From Myxococcota bacterium (GTDB taxonomy: Bacteria; Myxococcota_A; Polyangia; Nannocystales; Nannocystaceae): a stretch of 64,000 nt of DNA. The notes beneath the pieces were generated by a model, which had not been told where the DNA came from, did no database searches, and saw nothing but the letters and a program-made list of their open reading frames with translations. Both the position numbers and the translations under genes were made by a program. Positions 1-9,828 of the stretch are shown piece after piece. The DNA lies in assembly GCA_039028615.1 (NCBI GenBank), contig JBCCHT010000017.1:162547-226546 (forward strand), given 5' to 3'. The first letter of the stretch is position 1, and every line of letters starts with the position of its first letter.

Positions 1-6
1 AAGCTG

Positions 7-2829
7 ATGGACACGCCCACCAATGCCGGCCCGGGGCTGACCTCGGCGGGCATGGTGTGCGGCACGCCCGAGTACATGTCGCCCGAGCAGGCGCGGGGCC
101 ACAAGCTCGACGCGCGCTCCGACCTGTACGCGGTCGGCGTCATCCTCTACCAGATGCTCGCGGGTCGGCCGCCCTTCGAGAGCGAGTCCGCCGTCGAGAT
201 CCTGCACAAGCACCTGCACGAAGAGCCGGTGCCTCCCAGTCGGCTGCGCGGCGTCCCGCCCGATCCGCTGGAGGCGGTGTGCCTGCGGGCGCTGTCCAAG
301 GATCCGAACAACCGCTACGCGTCGGCGCTCGAGTTCCGCGAGGAGCTCATCGCCGCCACCAGCACGCCGCGGGTCACGGGCAGCATTCGCTGCAACACCT
401 GCGGCGCGAGCATCAAGCCGGAGCACCGCTTCTGCCCCGCCTGTGGTGCTCCCGCGCCGTCCCACGAGCCCGAGTCCACGCCCAAGGCGGGCTCGGGTCA
501 GCGCAGCAGCCGAAGCCAGCTGCTCGCCACCGATCCCACCGTGGCCGGCGGCTTGCCGCTGGTCGGCCGCGACCGTCAGGTGCAAGCGGCCAGCGCCATG
601 CTCGGGCGCCCGCAAGCCGGCCTCAAGCTGCGCCTGATGATCGGCGCGCGCGGCATGGGCAAGACCCGGCTCGTCGACGAGATGGCCGAGATGGGCGAGC
701 AAGCGGGCTGGCGCGTGCACTACGTCAGCGCCGATCCCAGCGGCGCTCGCACCCCGCTGTTTCCCATCCAGACGATCGTCGCGCAGCTGCTCGAGATCGA
801 CCCCAGCTCCTGCACCACCCAGGACCTGTTCCGCGCCGCCAACCTGGTGGGCCTGGGCTTCGAAGAGCTGCCCGGCTTGGCCGAGCTGTTCCACCTGCAG
901 GGCCCCGCCTACGACCTCGAGCACGCGGTGCGCCGCCGGGAGTGCTTCGCCTCCGCCGTGCAGGCGCTGCTGGCCGGAGGCCGCGGGCAACCCCTGCTGC
1001 TGATCTTCGAGGACATCGACGGCTACGACAACGCCGCGCGCGAGGTCCTGCGTCGGCTCGCCCAGCGCACCAACACCACCGAGGTTCCCGTGCTGGCGCT
1101 CATCACCAGCAAGGAGCCCTCGCTCGACTGGTTGGGCGGGGTCACCGAGCGCCTCGAGCCGCTCGACGTCGACGACATCACCGAGGCGTGGCGCGAGGTC
1201 GCGGCGCAGGTCACCGGCGATCCCACGCCCTCGGCCAGCGTGCTCGAGGCCGCTCCCATGTCGCCGCTGCGACTGGAGCAGTGCATTCGGCTCGCCATGC
1301 ACGGCATCGCGGCTCCGGCCAAGGCCACCGAGGCCGACCTCTTGCGCATGCGCCTGGAGAAGCAGCCCGCCACCGTGCGGCGCGTGCTCGAGCTGGCCTC
1401 CGTGCTCGGCGAGCGCTTTCCCCAGGCCGACCTCGTCGACCTCGCGCGGCAAGACCCCAAGCCCTGGGAGCCCGAGGACCTCAAGGACGCCATGGATCGG
1501 GCCCACGCCGAGGGCCTGCTCGTCGCGCTGTCGAGCAAGGAACGCGGCTTCGCCCACCGGATCCTCCACAACGTGGTCTACGCCAAGCTCGACTCGCGCT
1601 ACCGCGAGCAGCTGCACGGCCTGGCCGCCGACCTGTCGCGGGTCGCTCGGATCTCCGTCGTCAGCCGAGCCGTGCACCTGGTGCGAGCTCGCGATCCCCG
1701 GGCCCCCGAGATCCTCCTCGACGCCGCTCGCTGTGCCGAGCGCTGCTTCGACGATCCCACCGCGGCCGACTTCCTCAACGCCGCCCTGCGCCTGTCCGGC
1801 ATGCTGACCGGCGGCACCAGCCGCGCGCTCCAGGCCGAGGTCGCCCGCCACGCCAGCCGCGTGATGCGAAGCCCCGAGGCCTCGGGCCGCGCCGTCGACC
1901 TGCTCCGCCGCGAGATCGAGCGCGCCAGCGACCCGGCCGACGAAGCCGCCCTGCGCTGCGCCCTCGGGGTCCAGCTGGGTCGCCTCCGGCAGTGGGACGA
2001 CGCCCTCGAGGCCCTGCAAAAAGCCCTCGCGCCCGCCATGCAGGCGGACGACCGCACCACCATGATGCAGATCTGCAAAGAGGTGGGGAAGGTTCACCAC
2101 CGCAAGGGCAACCGCGCCACCGCGATCAAAGAGCTCGGCGAGGGCCTGGACATGTTCACGCTGGGCGAGGGGCCGCGCACCGTGGCCGACCTCGACCTGT
2201 GGCGGTACCTGCTGCGCATCTGCGAGCTGCATCGGGCCAACGACGACCTGCCCGCCTCCCGTACCTGGTGCGAGCACGCGCTGTTCCAGGCCGAGCGCGT
2301 CGGCGACCCGCTGGGCCTGATGCGATGCCACGGCCAAATGGCCTGGGTGCTGCGCGACATGGATCAGCTCGCGCTGGCCGAGCAGCACCTGGCCCGCGCG
2401 CTCAATGAGGCGCGCCACTTCGGTGATCGCCTGACCACCACCGAGCTGCTCATGGAGCGCGCCCGCGCCCGCGCCTCGCGAGGCCGCCTCGCCGAGGCGC
2501 TGCGCTACGCCGAGGAGGCCCTGCGCCTGGCCCGGGGGCTGCAGTGGAAGACGGGCATCGAGCACGCCGAGCGGGCGATCAACATGCTCACCCAAAAAGA
2601 CCCGCCGCCTCGCAGCGCGGGGCCGACCGAGCACTCGGGCGCCTTCGACGATCCGGGCGCGCGGCTGCGCGACTACTCGGGGCCCTTCGGCGTGCGCAAC
2701 GGGCTGGGCTCGTACGCGGGCCGCTTGCCCGACGACAAGGGCCCGAACGCGAAGGCGGTGAGCGGCAGCGATACCGAGCCCGTCGAGACCCCGGTGACCG
2801 CGTCCTCGGGCGGCCGTTCGCGAGACTGA
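7..2829 (+). CDS. Ser/Thr protein kinase (C-lobe only, 5' part outside window) - double zinc ribbon - AAA/STAND-type ATPase - TPR protein
   Basis: GTPEYMSPEQ and DARSDLYAVG kinase subdomains VIII-IX; CNTC/CPAC zinc ribbon; Walker A GARGMGKT; Walker B LLLIFED; helical TPR-like C-terminus. The frame is open at the window start, so the gene is partial. Confidence 0.9.
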   Translation: MDTPTNAGPGLTSAGMVCGTPEYMSPEQARGHKLDARSDLYAVGVILYQMLAGRPPFESESAVEILHKHLHEEPVPPSRLRGVPPDPLEAVCLRALSKDPNNRYASALEFREELIAATSTPRVTGSIRCNTCGASIKPEHRFCPACGAPAPSHEPESTPKAGSGQRSSRSQLLATDPTVAGGLPLVGRDRQVQAASAMLGRPQAGLKLRLMIGARGMGKTRLVDEMAEMGEQAGWRVHYVSADPSGARTPLFPIQTIVAQLLEIDPSSCTTQDLFRAANLVGLGFEELPGLAELFHLQGPAYDLEHAVRRRECFASAVQALLAGGRGQPLLLIFEDIDGYDNAAREVLRRLAQRTNTTEVPVLALITSKEPSLDWLGGVTERLEPLDVDDITEAWREVAAQVTGDPTPSASVLEAAPMSPLRLEQCIRLAMHGIAAPAKATEADLLRMRLEKQPATVRRVLELASVLGERFPQADLVDLARQDPKPWEPEDLKDAMDRAHAEGLLVALSSKERGFAHRILHNVVYAKLDSRYREQLHGLAADLSRVARISVVSRAVHLVRARDPRAPEILLDAARCAERCFDDPTAADFLNAALRLSGMLTGGTSRALQAEVARHASRVMRSPEASGRAVDLLRREIERASDPADEAALRCALGVQLGRLRQWDDALEALQKALAPAMQADDRTTMMQICKEVGKVHHRKGNRATAIKELGEGLDMFTLGEGPRTVADLDLWRYLLRICELHRANDDLPASRTWCEHALFQAERVGDPLGLMRCHGQMAWVLRDMDQLALAEQHLARALNEARHFGDRLTTTELLMERARARASRGRLAEALRYAEEALRLARGLQWKTGIEHAERAINMLTQKDPPPRSAGPTEHSGAFDDPGARLRDYSGPFGVRNGLGSYAGRLPDDKGPNAKAVSGSDTEPVETPVTASSGGRSRD

Positions 2830-2976
2830 ACGCGGCCGCCGATCGGCCCAGGTCTGGACGGGACACACCCGAGGCCGGACATTGCGCCGGGCCTTGGACG
2901 GGCAGTCGCTCGGCCTGCTACGGTCGATTCGCGGCTGCGCGCTCCCGCGCGCTCAGCCCCACTGGAGCGCCTGATC

Positions 2977-4356
2977 ATGCCTCAATCCTCTTTTTGGCAC
3001 CGCATCGTACCCGGGCTCGCCTTGCTCGGCGTGCTGAGCACGACGCCCTCCGCCCTCGCCAGTGTCACCGACGAGGGCGAGAAGGTCGGCTCGGTCCAGG
3101 GCATCGAGATGAAGGTCAAGCACTTCACCCTGGGCAACGGCCTGCGGGTGTTCGTGCTCGAGGACCACTCGACCCCCGCGTTCGCGTTGCACCTGGCGTT
3201 CCACGTGGGCTCGCGCGACGAACAGGCCGGCCGCACCGGCTTCGCCCACCTGTTCGAGCACATGATGTTCAAGGGCAGCGAGAACGTGCCCGAGGGCGGT
3301 CATTTCAAGTACATCGAGGGCGCGGGCGGCAGCCTCAACGCCTTCACCACCGCCGATGTCACCCAGTACCACGAGGTCGTGCCCAGCCACTATCTCGACA
3401 TGGTGCTGTGGCTCGAGTCCGACCGCCTGCGTTCGCTGGAGGTCACCGACGACAACTTCGAAAACCAGCGCCAGGCCGTCCAAGAAGAGAAGGCCATGCG
3501 CTACGACAACCAGCCCTACCTGCGGTCGCTGCAGGAGTTCTTCGCCGAGGCGTGGGCCAACACCGGGTACGGGCACCTGACCATCGGCTCCGACGAGGAC
3601 CTCGCCGCTGCAACCACCGGTGACGTGCAGAGGTTCTTCGACAAGCACTACGTGCCCAACAACGCGGTCATGGCCATCGTGGGCGACGTCGAGTACGAGG
3701 AGGTCAAGCGCAAGGTCGACCAGTACTTCGGCGATCTGTCCCGCGGGCCCGACCGCCCCGCCCACGTGGCGATCGACCACTCGGTCTCCGAGCCCTTCAC
3801 CCGCACCGTCGAGGACAAGCTCGCCCGGCAGCCGCTGTACCTCATCGGCTGGAAGACCGTGCCGCGGCGTCACCCCGACTACCACGCGGTGCGCATCCTG
3901 ATGAGCGCGCTGCTCCGCGGCGACTCGTCCCGCATCACCCGCTTGCTCAAGGACGACCGGCGCATGGTCGTCGCGTCGATCCCCACCGACTCCATGGGCG
4001 GAGGCCTCGACGCGGGCATGTCGGCGGGCGCCTTCGTGCCCATCCCCGGCAACGACTTCGCGGCCATCCAAAAGGTGGTCAAGGCCGAGATCGCCAAGGT
4101 CAAGAAGCGGGGCATCAGCTCCAAGGAGCTCCAGAAGGCCCAAAACCAGCTCGCGGTGGATGCCATCTCGCAGCTCGCCACCAACAACGGCCGAGCCAGC
4201 GGCATCGCCCAGGGGGCGCTGTTCCACGACGACCCCACCCACGCGCTCGCCGAGCTCGACAAGTACCGCAAGGTGACCTCCCGCGACATCAAGCGCGTCG
4301 CCAACAAGTACCTGACCGACAACTGGCTCACGCTGGAAATCGTGCCCCCTCGCTGA
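2977..4356 (+). CDS. M16 (pitrilysin/insulinase) family zinc peptidase, catalytic subunit, secreted
   Basis: Inverzincin motif HLFEH, plus LNAFTT and YVPNN M16 motifs; signal peptide. Confidence 0.95.
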   Translation: MPQSSFWHRIVPGLALLGVLSTTPSALASVTDEGEKVGSVQGIEMKVKHFTLGNGLRVFVLEDHSTPAFALHLAFHVGSRDEQAGRTGFAHLFEHMMFKGSENVPEGGHFKYIEGAGGSLNAFTTADVTQYHEVVPSHYLDMVLWLESDRLRSLEVTDDNFENQRQAVQEEKAMRYDNQPYLRSLQEFFAEAWANTGYGHLTIGSDEDLAAATTGDVQRFFDKHYVPNNAVMAIVGDVEYEEVKRKVDQYFGDLSRGPDRPAHVAIDHSVSEPFTRTVEDKLARQPLYLIGWKTVPRRHPDYHAVRILMSALLRGDSSRITRLLKDDRRMVVASIPTDSMGGGLDAGMSAGAFVPIPGNDFAAIQKVVKAEIAKVKKRGISSKELQKAQNQLAVDAISQLATNNGRASGIAQGALFHDDPTHALAELDKYRKVTSRDIKRVANKYLTDNWLTLEIVPPR

Positions 4357-4367
4357 CGAACGGAGCC

Positions 4368-5915
4368 GTGACCGCCATGAGCACTGCCATCACCATGACC
4401 GCACGACTCGCCCGTACCCTCCGCCCGGTGGGACTCGGGCTCGCGTTGATCCTGGGCGCCTGCCAGCCGCAAGGCCAGACCACGCCTCCGGGGCCCTCGC
4501 CCACGCCGGGCCCCACCCCCGCGGGGCCCAAGAAGACCAAGCCCGGTCGCAAGTACCCCGCGCCGCCGCCTCCCACCGCGCCCAAGCCGGTCGGGTTCCC
4601 GGACATCGCGAGCTTCGTGCTCGACAACGGGCTGGCCGTCTACGTCATCGAGAACCACGAGGTCCCGCTCGTCAACACGCAGCTCGTGGTGCGCTGCGGC
4701 ACCATGGACCACGAGTACCTCGCGCCCTTCACCGCCGACATGCTCGGCGAGGGCACGCGGAGCCGCTCGAAGGCCAAGCTCGACGAGGCCATCGAATTCG
4801 TGGGCGGGAGCCTGGGCGCCTTCGCCAGCACCCACGTCTCCACCGTCTTTTCCCAGAGCCTCGACTCCGACCTCAAGCTCGCCATGCTGCTGATGGCCGA
4901 CGAGGTGCAGAACCCGTTGTTCCCCAGCAGCGCCCTCGGCAAGCTCAAGCAGCGGGCCAAGGCCGGGCTCCGTGCCGCGCGCTCGAACCCCGATGCGCTG
5001 GCCGACACCCTCTTCGACGTGGTCGTGTACCCCGAAGGCCACCCCTACGGGCGGCCGCTGGCCACCGAGGCCGAGATCAACGCGATCAGCGTCGACGACA
5101 TCCGCACGTTCCACGAGACCTTCTACCGGGCCAACAACGCGTTCCTGCTGCTGTCGGGCGACATCACCGTGCCCGAGGCCAAGCCGCTGGTCGAGCGGGC
5201 CTTCGGCGGGTGGGCCTCGGCCGAGCTGCGCGACCTGCCCCCCAACCCGCTCAACCAGTTCACGCGCTACGAGCTGCCCGATCAGCTGCTCGTGCACCTG
5301 GTCGATCGCCCCGAGTCGGTGCAGGCCTCGATCCGCGTGGGCAACGTCGCCCTCGCTCGCAACCACGAGGACTGGCCCGCGCTCGAGGTCGCCAACGCCA
5401 TCCTCGGCGTGGGCCCCAGCGCCCGGCTCTTCCAGGACCTGCGCGAGGATCAGGGCCTGACCTACCGCATCGGCTCCAAGGTCTCCTCGGGGCAAGCCCC
5501 CGGCACTTTTTCCATCAGCACCCAGACTCGCACCCCCACCGCGGGCGCGATGCTGGCCGGGATCTTCGAGCACATCGAGCGCATCCGGGCCGCCGAGCCC
5601 ACCCGCGACGAGTTCGAGTCCACCGTCCGCACCCTCGTGGGCTCGTTCCCGCTCCAGGTCGAGACCGCCGACCAGATCGTCGGCAAGGTGAAGCACCAGA
5701 TCATCTACGGCCTGCCCAAGAACTACTGGCAGAGCTATCGCGACGGCATCACCCGCGTGGAGCTGCCCGAGATTCGCAAGGCCGCGCTGCGCTACATCCA
5801 CGCCCTGCCCGTAGTGGTGGTCGTGGGCAACGCGGCCGTGCTGCGGCCCCAGATCCAAGCGGTCCTGCCCAGCGCCAAGATCGTCGACTACGACGACCGC
5901 CTGCAGCCCAAGTGA
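4368..5915 (+). CDS. M16 family peptidase, non-catalytic partner subunit, lipoprotein
   Basis: M16 fold motifs (LDNGL, HPYGR, SARLFQDLREDQGLTY) without HxxEH; lipobox LILGAC; 11 bp downstream of the catalytic subunit. Confidence 0.92.
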   Translation: MTAMSTAITMTARLARTLRPVGLGLALILGACQPQGQTTPPGPSPTPGPTPAGPKKTKPGRKYPAPPPPTAPKPVGFPDIASFVLDNGLAVYVIENHEVPLVNTQLVVRCGTMDHEYLAPFTADMLGEGTRSRSKAKLDEAIEFVGGSLGAFASTHVSTVFSQSLDSDLKLAMLLMADEVQNPLFPSSALGKLKQRAKAGLRAARSNPDALADTLFDVVVYPEGHPYGRPLATEAEINAISVDDIRTFHETFYRANNAFLLLSGDITVPEAKPLVERAFGGWASAELRDLPPNPLNQFTRYELPDQLLVHLVDRPESVQASIRVGNVALARNHEDWPALEVANAILGVGPSARLFQDLREDQGLTYRIGSKVSSGQAPGTFSISTQTRTPTAGAMLAGIFEHIERIRAAEPTRDEFESTVRTLVGSFPLQVETADQIVGKVKHQIIYGLPKNYWQSYRDGITRVELPEIRKAALRYIHALPVVVVVGNAAVLRPQIQAVLPSAKIVDYDDRLQPK

Positions 5916-5918
5916 AGG

Positions 5919-7349
5919 CTACGGCCCGGCCACCCCGAGCTCCTCGGGCGTGGCCATGGGAATGAGCGCATCGCCCATCGTCCCCGGCGTGGCCCCGGGA
6001 CGATAGAGCCCGTCGTCGGTGCCGAGCGGCCCCCAGCACAAGACGGAGGGCTCGTCGGTCAGCACACACGAGCGGCTCTGGGTGCAGCCGAGTTTCACGG
6101 CGACGTGGTCTCCCAAGTCCACGAAGGGCAGTGCGTCGCCCATCTCACCGGGCTCGTCCCCGATGTTGTCGGTGCTGCCGTAGCCCAGCTTCCCCCCGCC
6201 GCCGCTGCCCCAGCACTTGACCCGCCCGTGGTCGAAGAGCGCGCAGGTATGGGTCGAACCCGCCGCGATGCCGACCACTTTGGCGTCGGTCCCGCCGAGA
6301 TCGACGGGCGGTAGTGCATCCCCGGTGGCGGGCATGGATTCGCGGCGATCGCCCTGCCCCAACCGACCGTAGTTGGTCGGAGACCCCTCCTCGTCGTTCG
6401 GCGCTCCCGGGACGTGGGGCGTCGCGTTGGCCCCCCAACACTTCACCCGTCCGTCGTCGCTGAGCGCACAGCTGTAGTTGGACCCCGCGGTGACCTGAAC
6501 GACGACGAAGTCCGGGCCGAGGTCGACGAAGGGCTGCGCGTCCCCCATCTCCCCGGGCTCGTCGCCAATCGGCTCCGAGGGCGGCGTCCCGAGCTGACTG
6601 AGGTCGTTGTGGCCCCAACACTTCACCCGACCATCGTCCGTCCACACGCAGACGTGGGTGAACATCCCGACGAGCCCGACCGCGTGCACATCGGTGCCGA
6701 GATCGACGAAGGGCAGCGCATCGCCCATCTCGTCGGGTTCGTCGCCGCGAGTCTCGAGGTCGCCGAGGCCCGAGGTCGGGTTGCCGCTGCCCCAGCACTT
6801 GACGCCGCCGGACTCGAACAAGGCGCAGTAGCCGTACTGACTCTGCGTCACCGACACCACGTCGGTGGCCCCCAGCGCTACGAACGGTAGGCCCGTGCCT
6901 CGCTCGTCGGCCTCGTCCCCGACGACGATGTCGACTTCGGGTCGACCCAGCTGGTAGTCGTCGAAGTCGGCGGTGGTGTGGCCCTCGTTGTAGCCCCAGC
7001 ACTTGACGCCTTCGCCCCCGAGGGCGGCGCAGCGCGAGCGGCTCGTCAACGCGGTGTCGAAGCCCCTGACGGGGGCCGAAGTCCCCAGGGGCACGGCCGG
7101 CAGAGGGAGCGCGGGCTCGAGCTCGTCGCGCAGCATCAGCAGCTGCTGGTCGCCCTCGTGGGGTTCGAGAAACCAGCACCGCAGCTGCTGCTCGACGACG
7201 GCGCATTCTTCACTGACCTGACCGGAGGCTCGCTGCGCCGGGCTCAGGCCATCCCCGGAGATCGAGACCACGGGGTCCGAACACCCGCCGATGGCCAGCC
7301 ACGCCCCGATGACGGCAACCCCACGCCCATCCGCAATCCAACCCCGCAT
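5919..7349 (-). CDS. RCC1/BLIP-II-like beta-propeller repeat lipoprotein
   Basis: Repeated CAL..G.VKCWG.N..GQLG units and GDEPGEMGDALPFVDLG inserts; lipobox AIGGC; start placed at ATG 7349. Confidence 0.88.
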   Translation of the reverse strand: MRGWIADGRGVAVIGAWLAIGGCSDPVVSISGDGLSPAQRASGQVSEECAVVEQQLRCWFLEPHEGDQQLLMLRDELEPALPLPAVPLGTSAPVRGFDTALTSRSRCAALGGEGVKCWGYNEGHTTADFDDYQLGRPEVDIVVGDEADERGTGLPFVALGATDVVSVTQSQYGYCALFESGGVKCWGSGNPTSGLGDLETRGDEPDEMGDALPFVDLGTDVHAVGLVGMFTHVCVWTDDGRVKCWGHNDLSQLGTPPSEPIGDEPGEMGDAQPFVDLGPDFVVVQVTAGSNYSCALSDDGRVKCWGANATPHVPGAPNDEEGSPTNYGRLGQGDRRESMPATGDALPPVDLGGTDAKVVGIAAGSTHTCALFDHGRVKCWGSGGGGKLGYGSTDNIGDEPGEMGDALPFVDLGDHVAVKLGCTQSRSCVLTDEPSVLCWGPLGTDDGLYRPGATPGTMGDALIPMATPEELGVAGP

Positions 7350-7664
7350 CCGACAACCCAAGGCCCGCCGTGGATCTCGGCGACCCACGCGACCCTCGAA
7401 CGCTACCACCGATCGCGGCGAAGTCCCGCACCGAGCGGGTATCATCCGTGCCGGCCCCGCCGTCGACGGGGCCGCTCGCTGCGGCTCGCCACAGATGCAC
7501 GCACGGCCACCAAACATCGATTGGCCGCGGGATTAAGCCAACCTTAAGAGGCGTCGAGCGCTGTGCGTGCTCGAATGCGGGGGCACGGACGCCGGGACGC
7601 CGCAACCCTCCGCACGAGGCGGATGGGTCGACGCGACTTCCCGAGCGCCCGTTTCCTCCGACGG

Positions 7665-8042
7665 ATGCTCACGTTTCGACCACGACAACTCGAGGACCTG
7701 TCCCACAACCTGAAGCTGGACTTCGAGGTGCGTCTTCGGGACCACCTGCGCCGCGCCTTTCCTGGGCCCGTACGTCGCATGAGCCGAGAGGCGCTCGACG
7801 AGTTCGTCCGCGGCGGAGTGACGCGTGCGCTGGAGTATGGGCTCACCACCGAGCGCGACGCATGCAAGCTGGTGAGCGCGATGTTCGTGCTCGGTCGCGA
7901 CTTCGACCAGCAGCCGTGGGCCCGCGAGATCCTCCGCGGCACCCGGGTCCACCGTCGGCTCTCCAAGATCGACCTGCTGCTGCGAGAGGCCATGCATCGC
8001 GAGTCGTCGACCGGAGTGGACGATGTCCGGCAAGCAGGGTGA
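7665..8042 (+). CDS. Hypothetical helical protein of a type seen beside VgrG/PAAR/DUF4123 secretion loci (single-domain copy)
   Basis: MLTFRPRQL..FEVRLRDHLRRAFP..GVTRALEYGLTTERD..LGRDFDQQPW; paralogous to both halves of 9035-9826. Locus association recalled, not searched. Confidence 0.7.
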   Translation: MLTFRPRQLEDLSHNLKLDFEVRLRDHLRRAFPGPVRRMSREALDEFVRGGVTRALEYGLTTERDACKLVSAMFVLGRDFDQQPWAREILRGTRVHRRLSKIDLLLREAMHRESSTGVDDVRQAG

Positions 8043-9030
8043 GCTGGGGCAAGCGTCGCGGATGGCCGAAGGCGCCTTCGGGGAGGCTCCGCTCGATGGC
8101 ACCCCCACCCCCTGCGGCGAGGACGGCAATCGCGAGGCGGCCGGCAACGAAGATCACTGGCTCGAGGTCGTGCTCGTCGGCGGCGAAGACCAGCCCATCG
8201 CCGGGGCACGGTTCCAGCTCGATACCGGGGACGGCAACCCGGAGGAGCACCGACTCGGCGACGACGGGCGATGCCGCGTGGAGGGGCTCCCGCCCGGTCG
8301 CCACCAGGTGTCGTTTCCCGATCTCGATGCGTCGGCATGGGAGCTGCGCGACGGCCCCACCGCGCCGCGGGTCGACGGACCGCCCAATACCGCCACCACC
8401 CCGCACACGGTCGGCGCGGCCGAGTGCCTGGCGAGCATCGCCGCCCAGCACGGCTTTACGCATGCCTGGCTGTGGGGCCACCGCAGCAACGGGGCGCTTC
8501 GAAACGCCCGCCGCAGCCCCTTCGTGCTCGCCCCGGGCGACGTGGTGCAGATCCCCGCGCTCCGGCTGGGCCTCGTGGACGTCGACGCGGACGCGCAGCA
8601 CACCTTCCGCCGCAAGTCCGCGCTGGCCACGATCCGCCTGCGGCTGCAGTCGCGAGGCAAGCCGCTCGTCGATTGCCCCTACACCCTGGAGTGCGGCCCG
8701 CAGGTGCTGCGGGGCAGGACCAACATCCGCGGCGCGGTGGAGATCGAGGTGCCGCCCAACGTGCCGCCCGGGCTGCTGCGCGTCGGCGAAGGCGACACCC
8801 TGCGCACCTATCGGGTCATCCCCCGCGCGCTCGACCCGATGACCGAGGACAGCGGCGTTCGTTCCCGCCTGTCCAACCTCGGGTACTCGGAAGACGGTCG
8901 GCCCCTCGACGATGCCGCCGCGACCACGGCCCTGCGCCGCTTCCAGCAAGACCATCGCCTGCCCATCAACGGCCTCGACGACGCGGAGACCAAGGCCGCC
9001 CTGTTCGATGCCCATCTCGGCCAGCTGTGA
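8023..9030 (+). CDS. Transthyretin-like beta-sandwich + LysM-like + beta-sandwich + C-terminal peptidoglycan-binding (PG_binding_1) protein
   Basis: HWLEVVLVGGEDQPIAGARFQL..GRCRVEGLPPG; LysM-like HTVGAAECLASIAAQHG..LAPGDVVQIP; PG-binding VRSRLSNLGY..ALRRFQQDHRLPINGLDDAET. Confidence 0.8.
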   Translation: MSGKQGELGQASRMAEGAFGEAPLDGTPTPCGEDGNREAAGNEDHWLEVVLVGGEDQPIAGARFQLDTGDGNPEEHRLGDDGRCRVEGLPPGRHQVSFPDLDASAWELRDGPTAPRVDGPPNTATTPHTVGAAECLASIAAQHGFTHAWLWGHRSNGALRNARRSPFVLAPGDVVQIPALRLGLVDVDADAQHTFRRKSALATIRLRLQSRGKPLVDCPYTLECGPQVLRGRTNIRGAVEIEVPPNVPPGLLRVGEGDTLRTYRVIPRALDPMTEDSGVRSRLSNLGYSEDGRPLDDAAATTALRRFQQDHRLPINGLDDAETKAALFDAHLGQL

Positions 9031-9034
9031 TCCC

Positions 9035-9826
9035 ATGACGACCCCCATGAGTCCCTCGCCTGCCTCCGGCCCCTCGCCGGATCCCGCGCTCGACCCGCTC
9101 CGTGACGAAGTGCTGGAGCACCTGTGGGTGCGCTTCCCCGATCACTGCGTCGTCCTCACCGACCCTCGCTGTCGCACGGCCATCGACTTCGGCATCGCTC
9201 GCGCCCGCCACTACGGCTTCGTCCATGCCGCCGAGATCCGCCCCTTCGTCACCCTCATGCTGATGCTCGGCAGCCACTTCGACCAGGACCCGCAGCACCC
9301 CTGGGCGGGTCATCAGCTGCGGCAGAGCGCTCGCTCGCCGCGACGCCAGGCCATCGTCGAGCTGCTCGGCGCGGCCAGCCAGGCACTCGAGCCCGTGGTC
9401 GGTGCCCAGGGGGAGTACTACCGACGGGCGCTCGGCTGGGTCGGCGCCCGCAGCTTCGATGCCCTGGCCGGCACCTACGCGGGTGACGACGAAGCGCTCA
9501 CCCTGCTCGCGCGACACTTGTACCGCCGCAAGCACGACGCCCTGGGCCCGAGCGGCGTGGCGCAGGCGGTCCGCTGGGCCCACACCACCGCGCAACACTA
9601 CGGGCTCACCACCCCCGCCGGGCCGATGATGATGCTCGCGCTGACGCTGCTGCTCGGCAGCGCCATCGATCGCGACCCCTTCCATCCCTGGGTCCGACAG
9701 GTCCTCACCGACGCGACCGAGCGAGACCCCGAGGCCCGCGCCCGCCGGCTGCATGCTCGCGCGCAGGAGCTCTTGGCCCGCCACACTCGGCTCGCCGCGC
9801 TGAGCCAGGGCACGACGAGGAACTAG
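9035..9826 (+). CDS. Hypothetical protein with two tandem copies of the domain found in 7665-8042
   Basis: Repeat 1 GIARARHYGF..LMLMLGSHFDQDPQHPW; repeat 2 TTAQHYGL..LTLLLGSAIDRDPFHPW; starts 4 bp after the previous stop. Confidence 0.75.
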   Translation: MTTPMSPSPASGPSPDPALDPLRDEVLEHLWVRFPDHCVVLTDPRCRTAIDFGIARARHYGFVHAAEIRPFVTLMLMLGSHFDQDPQHPWAGHQLRQSARSPRRQAIVELLGAASQALEPVVGAQGEYYRRALGWVGARSFDALAGTYAGDDEALTLLARHLYRRKHDALGPSGVAQAVRWAHTTAQHYGLTTPAGPMMMLALTLLLGSAIDRDPFHPWVRQVLTDATERDPEARARRLHARAQELLARHTRLAALSQGTTRN

Positions 9827-9828
9827 TC

